Of a stretch of 64,000 nt of DNA, positions 48,700 through 58,896 are shown piece by piece. The stretch is from the human T2T-CHM13v2.0 reference genome, Homo sapiens. The notes beneath the pieces are model-generated. The model was not told the DNA's origin and ran no database searches. It saw only the letters and a program-made list of their open reading frames with translations. The position numbers were made by a program, and so were the translations under genes. Numbering within the stretch: position 1 is the first letter of the stretch; each line of letters starts with the position of its first letter. The stretch lies in contig CP068257.2 of NCBI GenBank assembly GCA_009914755.4, positions 10,912,001-10,976,000 of the forward strand, given 5' to 3'.

Positions 48700-50858
48700 C
48701 TGTACATAAAATATCAAACTACACCTATTAGATATTGTGTACTGTACATAATATATTAAATCCCCCAAATATATATTGTATACTGTATATAAAATATGAA
48801 GGTACTTCAAATTCATATTACATGCTGCACATAAAATATCAAACTACCCAAGGTATGCATTATATACTGTACATAAAATATCAAAGTACCCAAAGTGTAT
48901 ATTATATACTGTACATAAAATATGAAGTTTCATCAAATATATTTTATATTCGGCACATAAAATATCAAAGTACATCAAATATATATTATATACTGTACAT
49001 AAAATATCAAAGTACCAAAAATATGTATTATATACTGTACATAAAATATGAAAGTAACCATTTATAATAAACTGTACATAAAATATCAAAGTACTCAAAC
49101 TACATATTATATACAGTATATAAAATGTCAAAGTACCCAAACTGTATATTATATACTGTACATAATATATCAAAGTACCCGAATATATAGCATACTGTAC
49201 ATAAAATATCAAAGTACCCAAAATATATATTGTATACTGTACATAAAATATGAAGGTACATGAAAGATATATTATATTCTGTACATAAAATCTCAAAGTA
49301 CACCAAATATATATTATATGCTGTACATAATATATTAAAGTTGCCCAAATATATATTATATACTGTACATAAAATATGAAGGTACATCAAATATATATTA
49401 TATGCTGCACATAAAATATCAAAGTACCCAAAGTATGTATTATATACTGTACATAAAATATCAAAGTACCCAAATTATATATTATATACTGTACATAAAA
49501 TATAAAATACCCCAAATATATATTATATACTGTACATAAAATATCAAAGTACACAAAATATGTATTATATACTGTACATAAAATACCAAAGGACCCAAAG
49601 TATATATTATATACCGTACAAAAAATATCAAAATACCCAAAATATATATCATATACTGTACATAAAATATGAAAGTAACAAATTATTTATAATAAACTCT
49701 ACATAAAATATCAATGTACTCAAACTATATATTATGTGCGGTACACAAGATATCAAAGTACCCATACTATATAGTATATACTGTACTTAAAATATCAAAA
49801 TACCCAGAATATATATTATATACGTTAAATAAACTATCAAATACCCAAAGTATGTATTATATACTGTACATAAAACAGCAAAGTTCCCAAAATATATATT
49901 ATATACTGTACATAAAATATGAAGGAAAATCAAACATATATTATATTCTGTACATAAAATATAAAACTACCCCAAATATATATTATATACTGTACATGAA
50001 ATATAAAACTACCCCAAATATATATTATATACTGTACATAAAATATCAAAGTACCCAAAATATATATTATATACTGTACATAAAATATCAAAGTACACAA
50101 ACTTTATATTATAGAGTGTACATAAAATATCAAAGTAACAAAAATATATATTGTATACTGTAAATAAAATATCAATATACCCAAAATATATATTATGTAC
50201 TGTACATAAAATATCAAAGTACCCAAAATACGTATTATATACTGTACATAAAATATGAAAGTACATCAAATATATATTATATTCTGTATATAAAATATCA
50301 AATTACACCAAATATATTTTATAAATTGTACATGAAATATGAAGGTACATCAAATATATATTATATGCTGCACATAAAATATCAAAGTACTCAAAGTATG
50401 TATTATATATTGTACATAAAATATCAAAGTACTCAAAGTACATATTATATAGTGTACATGAAATATGAAGTTACATCAAATATATATTGTATTCTGTACA
50501 TAAAATATCAAAGTACACTAAATATATATTATATACTGTACTTAAAATATAAAATACCCCAAATATACATTATATACTGTACATAAAATATCAAAGTACC
50601 CAAAATATATATTATATACTGAACTTAAAATATCAAAGGACCCAAAATATATATTATACACTGTATATAAAATACCATAATAAGCAAAATATGTGTCATA
50701 TACTGTACATAAAATATGAAAGTACCCAAACATTTATAATCAACTGTACATAAAATATCAAAGTACTAAAACTATATATTATGTGCTGTATATAAAATAT
50801 CAAAGTACCCATACTATATATTATATACTGTACAAAAAATATCAAAATATATATTATA
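48700..50858. repeat. Degenerating edge of the HSat1A array, next to the alpha-satellite junction
   Basis: The sub-HOR marker pattern breaks down. The 48735 ORF is truncated relative to its paralogues, a novel divergent stretch at 49714-50163 contains 'cggtacacaagatatc' and 'aaataccataataagcaaaatatgtgtcata', and 42-bp units are more variable up to the junction. Confidence 0.6.
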
Positions 50859-51420
50859 TGAATTCCGTGCTTCCAACTAAATCCTCAAAGCAATCCAAAT
50901 ATCCACTTGCAGATTCCACAAAAAGAGGGTTTCAAATCTGCTCTATCAATAGCAAGGTTCAACTCTGTTAGTATAGGACACATATCACCAACAAGTTTCT
51001 GAGAATGCTTCTGTCTACTTTCTATGGGAGGATATTTCCTTTTTCACTGTAGGCGACAAAGCGATCAAATTGTCCATTCCATATACTACAAAAAGTGTGT
51101 TTCAAACCTGCTTTATGAAAGGTAATATTCATCTCTATGTGTTGAATGGAAATATCAGAAAGAAATTGCTGAGAATTCTGCTGTCTACATTTTATATGAA
51201 TTCCCGCTTCCAACGAAATCCTCAAATCAATCCAAATATCCACTTGCAGATTCCACAAAAAGAGTGTTTCAAAACTGCTCTATCAATAGAAAGGTTCAAC
51301 TCTTTTAGTTGAGAACACACATCACAAACAAGTTTCTGAGAATGCTTCTCTCTCGCTTTTATGGGAAGACGTTTCCTTTCCACCAAAGGCATCAAAGTGT
51401 TCCAAATGTCCACTTCCAGA
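50859..51420 (-). repeat. Diverged edge alpha monomers (about 3.3 monomers) in phase with the HOR
   Basis: Aligned by eye to the homologous HOR positions 56469-57030, the first two monomers differ at about 10% of sites. Examples are 'gaattccgtgcttccaactaaatcc' against 'gaattcccgcttccaacgaaatcc', and 'ttgtccattccatatactac' against 'atgtccacttccacaaactac'. The third monomer differs at about 3%. From about 51421 onward identity to the HOR is essentially complete. Confidence 0.75.
51202..51218 (-). promoter_or_regulatory. CENP-B box (17 bp, on the minus strand) in an edge alpha monomer
   Basis: The plus strand reads 'tcccgcttccaacgaaa', the reverse complement of 'tttcgttggaagcggga'. It fits the essential pattern nTTCGnnnnAnnCGGGn. 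Confidence 0.85.
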
Positions 51421-51542
51421 TTCTACCAAAAGAGTGTTTCAAACGTGCTCATAGTAAGGGAATGTTCAACTCTGTGACTTGAATGCAGATATCACCAAGT
51501 AGTTTCTAATAGTGCTTCTGTCTAGATTTTAGATGATGATAT

Positions 51543-51559
51543 TCCCGTTTCCAACGAAA
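51543..51559 (-). promoter_or_regulatory. CENP-B box (recurs every 1,870 bp, e.g. at about 53413 and 55283)
   Basis: The plus strand reads 'tcccgtttccaacgaaa', the reverse complement of 'tttcgttggaaacggga', which is the canonical CENP-B box. Confidence 0.85.
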
Positions 51560-52051
51560 TCGTTAGAGCTATCCAAATGTCCAGTTACAGTTTCTACCAA
51601 AAGGGTGTTTCCAAATTGCTGCATCAAAAGAAAGGTTCAACTCTGTTAGTTGAGGACACACATCACAAAGAAGTTTGTGAGAATGCTTCTGTCTAGATTT
51701 TGTATGACGATATTCCCTTTTCCAACGATATCGTTAAAGCAATCTAAATATCAATTTGCAGAATCCACAAAAATAGAGTTTCAAAGCTGCTCTGTAAAAA
51801 GAAAGGTTCCACTCTGTTAGCTGAGTACACACATCACAAACTTGTTTCTGAGAATCCTTCTGTCTCGTTTTTATGGGAAGATATTTACTTTTCCACCGTA
51901 GGCATCAAAGCGCTCCAAATGTCCACATCCAGATACTCCAGAAAGAGTGTTTCAAACCTGCTCTATGAAAGGGAATCTTCAACTCTATGAGTTGAATGCA
52001 GACATCAGAAAGAAATTTCTGAGAATGCTGCTGTCTACCTTTTATTTGAAT

Positions 52052-52068
52052 TCCCGCTTCCAACGAAA
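52052..52068 (-). promoter_or_regulatory. CENP-B box
   Basis: The plus strand reads 'tcccgcttccaacgaaa'. All essential positions (CCCG...T....CGAA on this strand) are conserved. Confidence 0.85.
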
Positions 52069-52393
52069 TCCTCCAAGCTATCCAAATATCCACCTGCATT
52101 TTCCACAACAAGAGTGTTTCAAAACTGCTCTATCAATAGAAATGTTCAACTCCTTTGGCTGGGTACACACATCACAAACAAGTTTCTGAGAATGCTTCTG
52201 TCTAGTTTTTATGGGAAGACATTCCCTTTTTCACCAAAGGCATCAAAGCGCTCCAAATGTCCACTTCCAGACACTACAAAAAGAGTGTTTCAAACGTGCT
52301 CTAAGAAAACGAATGTTCAACTCTGTGACTTGAATGCAGATATCACAGAGTAGTTTCTGAGAGGGCTTCTGTCTAGATTTTAGATGATGATAT

Positions 52394-52410
52394 TCCCGTT
52401 TCCAACGAAA
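52394..52410 (-). promoter_or_regulatory. CENP-B box
   Basis: The plus strand reads 'tcccgtttccaacgaaa'. Confidence 0.85.
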
Positions 52411-52731
52411 TCATTAGAGCTATCCAAATATCCACTTACAGTTTCTACAAAAAGAGTGTTTCCAAACTGCTGCATCAAAAGAGAGGTTCCACTCTGTTAG
52501 CTGAGTACACACATCACAAACTTGTTTCTCAGAATCCTTCTGTCTCGTTTTTATGGGAAGATATTTACTTTTTCACCGTAGGTATCAAAGCGCTCCAAAT
52601 GTCCACATCCAGATAGTACAGAAAGAGTTTTTCAAACCTGCTCTATGAAAGGGAATCTTCAACTCTATGAGTTGAATGCAGACATCAGAAAGAAATTTCT
52701 GAGAATGCTGCTGTCTACCTTTTATTTGAAT

Positions 52732-52748
52732 TCCCGCTTCCAACGAAA
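52732..52748 (-). promoter_or_regulatory. CENP-B box
   Basis: The plus strand reads 'tcccgcttccaacgaaa'. Confidence 0.85.
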
Positions 52749-53071
52749 TCCTCCAAGCTATCCAAATATCCACTTGCAGATTCCACAAAAAGAGTGTTTC
52801 AAAACTGCTCTCTATCAATGGCAAAGTTCAACTCTGTTAGTTGAGGACACATATCACCAACAAGTTTCTGAGAATGCTTCTGTCTATTTTTTATGGGAAG
52901 ATATTTCCTTTTTCACCGTAGGCGTCAAGGCGATCGAAATGTCCACTTCCACAAACTACAAAAAGAGTGTTTCAAACCTGCTCTATGAAAGGCCATGTTC
53001 ATCTCTATGAGTTGAATGGAAATATCCGAAAGAAATTTCTGGGAATGCTGCTGTCTAGTGTTTATACGAAT

Positions 53072-53088
53072 TCCCGCTTCCAACGAAA
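53072..53088 (-). promoter_or_regulatory. CENP-B box
   Basis: The plus strand reads 'tcccgcttccaacgaaa'. In the next-but-one monomer at about 51715 the homologous site reads 'tcccttttccaacgata', which has lost CCCG and CGAA and so is a dead box. Confidence 0.85.
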
Positions 53089-53290
53089 TCCTCAAAGCAA
53101 TCCAAATATCCACTTGCAGAATCCACAAAAAGAGTGTTTCAAAACTGCTCTATCAATAGAAAGGTTCAACTCTTTTAGTTGAGTACACACATCACGAACA
53201 AGTTTCTGAGAATGCTTCTGTCTGGCTTTTATTGGAAGACGTTTCCTTTTCACCAAAGGCATCAAAGTGCTCCAAATGTCCACTTCCAGA

Positions 53291-55160
53291 TTCTACCAAA
53301 AGAGTGTTTCAAACGTGCTCATAGTAAGGGAATGTTCAACTCTGTGACTTGAATGCAGATATCACCAAGTAGTTTCTAATAGTGCTTCTGTCTAGATTTT
53401 AGATGATGATATTCCCGTTTCCAACGAAATCGCTAGAGCTATCCAAATATCCAGTTACAGTTTCTACCAAAAGGGTGTTTCCAAATTGCTGCATCAAAAG
53501 AAAGGTTCAACTCTGTTAGTTGAGGACACACGTCACAAAGAAGTTTGTGAGAATGCTTCTGTCTAGATTTTGTATGACGATATTCCCTTTTCCAACGATA
53601 TCGTTAAAGCAATCTAAATATCAATTTGCAGAATCCACAAAAATAGAGTTTCAAAGCTGCTCTGTAAAAAGAAAGGTTCCACTCTGTTAGCTGAGTACAC
53701 ACATCACAAACTTGTTTCTGAGAATCCTTCTGTCTCGTTTTTATGGGAAGATATTTACTTTTTCACCGTAGGCATCAAAGCGCTCCAAATGTCCACATCC
53801 AGATACTCCAGAAAGAGTGTTTCAAACCTGCTCTATGAAAGGCAATCTTCAACTCTATGAGTTGAATGCAGACATCAGAAAGAAATTTCTGAGAATGCTG
53901 CTGTCTACCTTTTATTTGAATTCCCGCTTCCAACGAAATCCTCCAAGCTATCCAAATATCCACCTGCATTTTCCACAACAAGAGTGTTTCAAAACTGCTC
54001 TATCAATAGAAATGTTCAACTCCTTTGGCTGGGTACACACATCACAAACAAGTTTCTGAGAATGCTTCTGTCTAGTTTTTATGGGAAGACGTTCCCTTTT
54101 TCACCAAAGGCATCAAAGCGCTCCAAATGTCCACTTCCAGACACTACAAAAAGAGTGTTTCCAACGTGCCCTAAGAAAGCGAATGTTCAACTCTGTGACT
54201 TGAATGCAGATATCACAAAGTAGTTTCTGAGAGGGCTTCTGTCTAGATTTTAGATGATGATATTCCCGTTTCCAACGAAATCATTAGAGCTATCCAAATA
54301 TCCACTTACAGTTTCTACAAAAAGAGTGTTTCCAAACTGCTGCATCAAAAGAGAGGTTCCACTCTGTTAGCTGAGTACACACATCACAAACTTGTTTCTC
54401 AGAATCCTTCTGTCTCGTTTTTATGGGAAGATATTTACTTTTTCACCGTAGGCATCAAAGCGCTCCAAATGTCCACATCCAGATACTCCAGAAAGAGTGT
54501 TTCAAACCTGCTCTATGAAAGGGAATCTTCAACTCTATGAGTTGAATGCAGACATCAGAAAGAAATTTCTGAGAATGCTGCTGTCTACCTTTTATTTGAA
54601 TTCCCGCTTCCAACGAAATCCTCCAAGCTATCCAAATATCCACTTGCAGATTCCACAAAAAGAGTGTTTCAAAACTGCTCTCTATCAATGGCAAAGTTCA
54701 ACTCTGTTAGTTGAGGACACATATCACCAACAAGTTTCTGAGAATGCTTCTGTCTATTTTTTATGGGAAGATATTTCCTTTTTCACCGTAGGCGTCAAGG
54801 CGATCGAAATGTCCACTTCCACAAACTACAAAAAGAGTGTTTCAAACCTGCTCTATGAAAGGCCATGTTCATCTCTATGAGTTGAATGGAAATATCCGAA
54901 AGAAATTTCTGGGAATGCTGCTGTCTAGTGTTTATACGAATTCCCGCTTCCAACGAAATCCTCAAAGCAATCCAAATATCCACTTGCAGAATCCACAAAA
55001 AGAGTGTTTCAAAACTGCTCTATCAATAGAAAGGTTCAACTCTTTTAGTTGAGTACACACATCACGAACAAGTTTCTGAGAATGCTTCTGTCTGGCTTTT
55101 ATTGGAAGACGTTTCCTTTTCACCAAAGGCATCAAAGCGCTCCAAATGTCCACTTCCAGA
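53291..55160 (-). repeat. Alpha HOR copy 2 (variant type b)
   Basis: 1,870 bp downstream of copy 1. Diagnostic variants are 'ttcttccaaaag...gtgctcaaagtaaggg' (55161 onward) and 'gtttccaacgtgccctaagaaagcg'. Confidence 0.85.
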
Positions 55161-57030
55161 TTCTTCCAAAAGAGTGTTTCAAACGTGCTCAAAGTAAGGG
55201 AATGTTCAACTCTGTGACTTGAATGCAGATATCACCAAGTAGTTTCTAATAGTGCTTCTGTCTAGATTTCAGATGATGATATTCCCGTTTCCAACGAAAT
55301 CGTTAGAGCTATCCAAATATCCACTTACAGTTTCTACAAAAAGAGTGTTTCCAAACTGCTGCATCAAAAGAAAGGTTCAACTCTGTTAGTTGAGGACACA
55401 CATCACAAAGAAGTTTGTGAGAATGCTTCTGTCTAGATTTTGTATGACGATATTCCCTTTTCCAACGATATCGTTAAAGCAATCTAAATATCAATTTGCA
55501 GAATCCACAAAAATAGAGTTTCAAAGCTGCTCTGTAAAAATAAAGGTTCCACTCTGTTAGCTGAGTACACACATCACAAACTTGTTTCTGAGAATCCTTC
55601 TGTCTCGTTTTTATGGGAAGATATTTACTTTTTCACCGTAGGCATCAAAGCGCTCCAAATGTCCACATCCAGATACTCCAGAAAGACTGTTTCAAACCTG
55701 CTCTATGAAAGGGAATCTTCAACTCTATGAGTTGAATGCAGACATCAGAAAGAAATTTCTGAGAATGCTGCTGTCTACCTTTTATTTGAATTCCCGCTTC
55801 CAACGAAATCCTCCAAGCTATCCAAATATCCACTTGCATTTTCCACAAAAAGAGTGTTTCAAAACTGCTCTATCAATAGAAATGTTCAACTCCTTTAGCT
55901 GGGTACACACATCACAAACAAGTTTCTGAGAATGCTTCTGTCTAGTTTTTATGGGAAGACGTTCCCTTTTTCACCAAAGGCATCAAAGCGCTCCAAATGT
56001 CCACTTCCAGACACTACAAAAAGAGTGTTTCAAACGTGCTCTAAGAAAGCGAATGTTCAACTCTGTGACTTGAATGCAGATATCACAAAGTAGTTTCTGA
56101 GAGGGCTTCTGTCTAGATTTTAGATGATGATATTCCCGTTTCCAACGAAATCATTAGAGCTATCCAAATATCCACTTACAGTTTCTACAAAAAGAGTGTT
56201 TCCAAACTGCTGCATCAAAAGAGAGGTTCCACTCTGTTAGCTGAGTACACACATCACAAACTTGTTTCTCAGAATCCTTCTGTCTCGTTTTTATGGGAAG
56301 ATATTTACTTTTTCACCGTAGGCATCAAAGCGCTCCAAATGTCCACATCCAGATACTCCAGAAAGAGTGTTTCAAACCTGCTCTATGAAAGGGAATCTTC
56401 AACTCTATGAGTTGAATGCAGACATCAGAAAGAAATTTCTGAGAATGCTGCTGTCTACCTTTTATTTGAATTCCCGCTTCCAACGAAATCCTCCAAGCTA
56501 TCCAAATATCCACTTGCAGATTCCACAAAAAGAGTGTTTCAAAACTGCTCTCTATCAATGGCAAAGTTCAACTCTGTTAGTTGAGGACACATATCACCAA
56601 CAAGTTTCTGAGAATGCTTCTGTCTATTTTTTATGGGAAGATATTTCCTTTTTCACCGTAGGCGTCAAGGCGATCGAAATGTCCACTTCCACAAACTACA
56701 AAAAGAGTGTTTCAAACCTGCTCTATGAAAGGCGATGTTCATCTCTATGAGTTGAATGGAAATATCCGAAAGAAATTTCTGGGAATGCTGCTGTCTAGTT
56801 TTTATATGAATTCCCGCTTCCAACGAAATCCTCAAAGCAATCCAAATATCCACTTGCAGAATCCACAAAAAGATTGTTTCAAAACTGCTCTATCAATAGA
56901 AAGGTTCAACTCTTTTAGTTGAGTACACACATCACAAACAAGTTTCTGAGAATGCTTCTGTCTGGCTTTTATTGGAAGACGTTTCCTTTTCACCAAAGGC
57001 ATCAAAGTGCTCCAAATGTCCACTTCCAGA
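55161..57030 (-). repeat. Alpha HOR copy 3 (variant type c)
   Basis: Diagnostic variants are 'gtggtcgaagtaaggg' (57051-57070), 'ggcgatgttcatctc', 'tagtttttatatgaattccc', 'agactgtttc' and 'tcctttagctgg'. Confidence 0.85.
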
Positions 57031-58896
57031 TTCTTCCAAAAGAGTGTTTCAAACGTGGTCGAAGTAAGGGAATGTTCAACTCTGTGACTTGAATGCAGAT
57101 ATCACCAAGTAGTTTCTAATAGTGCTTCTGTCTACATTTTAGATGATGATATTCCCGTTTCCAACGAAATCGTTAGAGCTATCCAAATATCCAGTTACAG
57201 TTTCTACCAAAAGGGTGTTTCCAAATTGCTGCATCAAAAGAAAGGTTCAACTCTGTTAGTTGAGGACACACATCACAAAGAAGTTTGTGAGAATGCTTCT
57301 GTCTAGATTTTGTATGACGATATTCCCTTTTCCAACGATATCGTTAAAGCAATCTAAATATCAATTTGCAGAATCCACAAAAATAGAGTTTCAAAGCTGC
57401 TCTGTAAAAAGAAAGGTTCCACTCTGTTAGCTGAGTACACACATCACAAACTTGTTTCTGAGAATCCTTCTGTCTCGTTTTTATGGGAAGATATTTACTT
57501 TTCCACCGTAGGCATCAAAGCGCTCCAAATGTCCACATCCAGATACTCCAGAACGAGTGTTTCAAACCTGCTCTATGAAAGGGAATCTTCAACTCTATGA
57601 GTTGAATGCAGACATCAGAAAGAAATTTCTGAGAATGCTGCTGTCTACCTTTTATTTGAATTCCCGCTTCCAACGAAATCCTCCAAGCTATCCAAATATC
57701 CACCTGCATTTTCCACAACAAGAGTGTTTCAAAACTGCTCTATCAATAGAAATGTTCAACTCCTTTGGCTGGGTACACACATCACAAACAAGTTTCTGAG
57801 AATGCTTCTGTCTAGTTTTTATGGGAAGACGTTCCCTTTTTCACCAAAGGCATCAAAGCGCTCCAAATGTCCACTTCCAGACACTACAAAAAGAGTGTTT
57901 CCAACGTGCCCTAAGAAAGCGAATGTTCAACTCTGTGACTTGAATGCAGATATCACAAAGTAGTTTCTGAGAGGGCTTCTGTCTAGATTTTAGATGATGA
58001 TATTCCCGTTTCCAACGAAATCATTAGAGCTATCCAAATATCCACTTACAGTTTCTACAAAAAGAGTGTTTCCAAACTGCTGCATCAAAAGAGAGGTTCC
58101 ACTCTGTTAGCTGAGTACACACATCACAAACTTGTTTCTCAGAATCCTTCTGTCTCGTTTTTATGGGAAGATATTTACTTTTTCACCGTAGGCATCAAAG
58201 CGCTCCAAATGTCCACATCCAGATAGTACAGAGTTTTTCAAACCTGCTCTATGAAAGGGAATCTTCAACTCTATGAGTTGAATGCAGACATCAGAAAGAA
58301 ATTTCTGAGAATGCTGCTGTCTACCTTTTATTTGAATTCCCGCTTCCAACGAAATCCTCCAAGCTATCCAAATATCCACTTGCAGATTCCACAAAAAGAG
58401 TGTTTCAAAACTGCTCTCTATCAATGGCAAAGTTCAACTCTGTTAGTTGAGGACACATATCACCAACAAGTTTCTGAGAATGCTTCTGTCTATTTTTTAT
58501 GGGAAGATATTTCCTTTTTCACCGTAGGCGTCAAGGCGATCGAAATGTCCACTTCCACAAACTACAAAAAGAGTGTTTCAAACCTGCTCTATGAAAGGCC
58601 ATGTTCATCTCTATGAGTTGAATGGAAATATCCGAAAGAAATTTCTGGGAATGCTGCTGTCTAGTGTTTATACGAATTCCCGCTTCCAACGAAATCCTCA
58701 AAGCAATCCAAATATCCACTTGCAGAATCCACAAAAAGAGTGTTTCAAAACTGCTCTATCAATAGAAAGGTTCAACTCTTTTAGTTGAGTACACACATCA
58801 CGAACAAGTTTCTGAGAATGCTTCTGTCTGGCTTTTATTGGAAGACGTTTCCTTTTCACCAAAGGCATCAAAGTGCTCCAAATGTCCACTTCCAGA
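57031..58896 (-). repeat. Alpha HOR copy 4 (type a; 1,866 bp, carries a 4-bp deletion)
   Basis: 'agatagtacagagtttttcaaacc' at about 58221-58244, against 'agatagtacagaaagagtttttcaaacc' in copy 1 at 52611. The loss of 'aaag' shortens the copy to 1,866 bp. Confidence 0.85.

Larger units (their letters stand above)
1..50858. repeat. AT-rich 42-bp satellite array (classical satellite I / HSat1A, 'SAR'-like), about 1,210 tandem units
   Basis: Direct reading shows contiguous tandem copies of about 42 bp, e.g. 'actgtacataaaatatcaaagtacccaaaatatatattatat'. Each unit is a 17-bp 'acataaaatatcaaagt' segment plus a 25-bp 'acccaaaatatatattatatactgt' segment. AT content is above 70%. There are no interruptions by unique sequence or transposable elements. 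This matches the published A(17 bp)/B(25 bp) structure of human satellite I. Recurrent variant units (e.g. 'atgaaggtacatcaaatatatattatat', 'aaagtaaccaaacatttataataaactgtacat') mark a higher-order periodicity. Confidence 0.85.
51421..53290 (-). repeat. Alpha HOR copy 1 (11 monomers, 1,870 bp; variant type a)
   Basis: Start phase chosen at 'ttctaccaaaagagtgtttcaaacgtgctcatagtaaggg'. Identical start strings are seen at 53291 and 58897. Confidence 0.85.

Noticed and set aside
1-50858. Dozens of 60-245-aa ORFs on both strands, with Y/I/L/C/T-rich translations such as 'ILYIKYQSTQNIYY' and 'FDILCTVYNIYFGY'
   Set aside because: They are frame-preserving read-throughs of a 42-bp (14-codon) AT-rich tandem repeat. 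They overlap each other on both strands and have extreme low-complexity composition. They recur exactly at the repeat offsets and end wherever a variant unit creates a stop codon. They are not coding sequence.
1-50858. A CRISPR-like array, considered because of the short regularly spaced repeats
   Set aside because: Units are directly contiguous with no unique spacers, about 1,200 copies run uninterrupted, and the sequence is 70+% AT eukaryotic satellite. There is no leader or cas context.
50856-50866. EcoRI site (gaattc) exactly at the satellite junction as a possible cloning or assembly artefact
   Set aside because: 'gaattcc' is an intrinsic part of this alpha monomer type ('ttatatgaattcccgcttcc' recurs in every HOR), so its presence at the junction is expected and does not indicate vector or ligation artefacts.
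51715-51731. Possible sixth CENP-B box in the HOR ('tcccttttccaacgata')
   Set aside because: It lacks the essential CCCG (reads CCCT) and CGAA (reads CGAT) positions on this strand, so it is counted as a degenerate, non-functional box.
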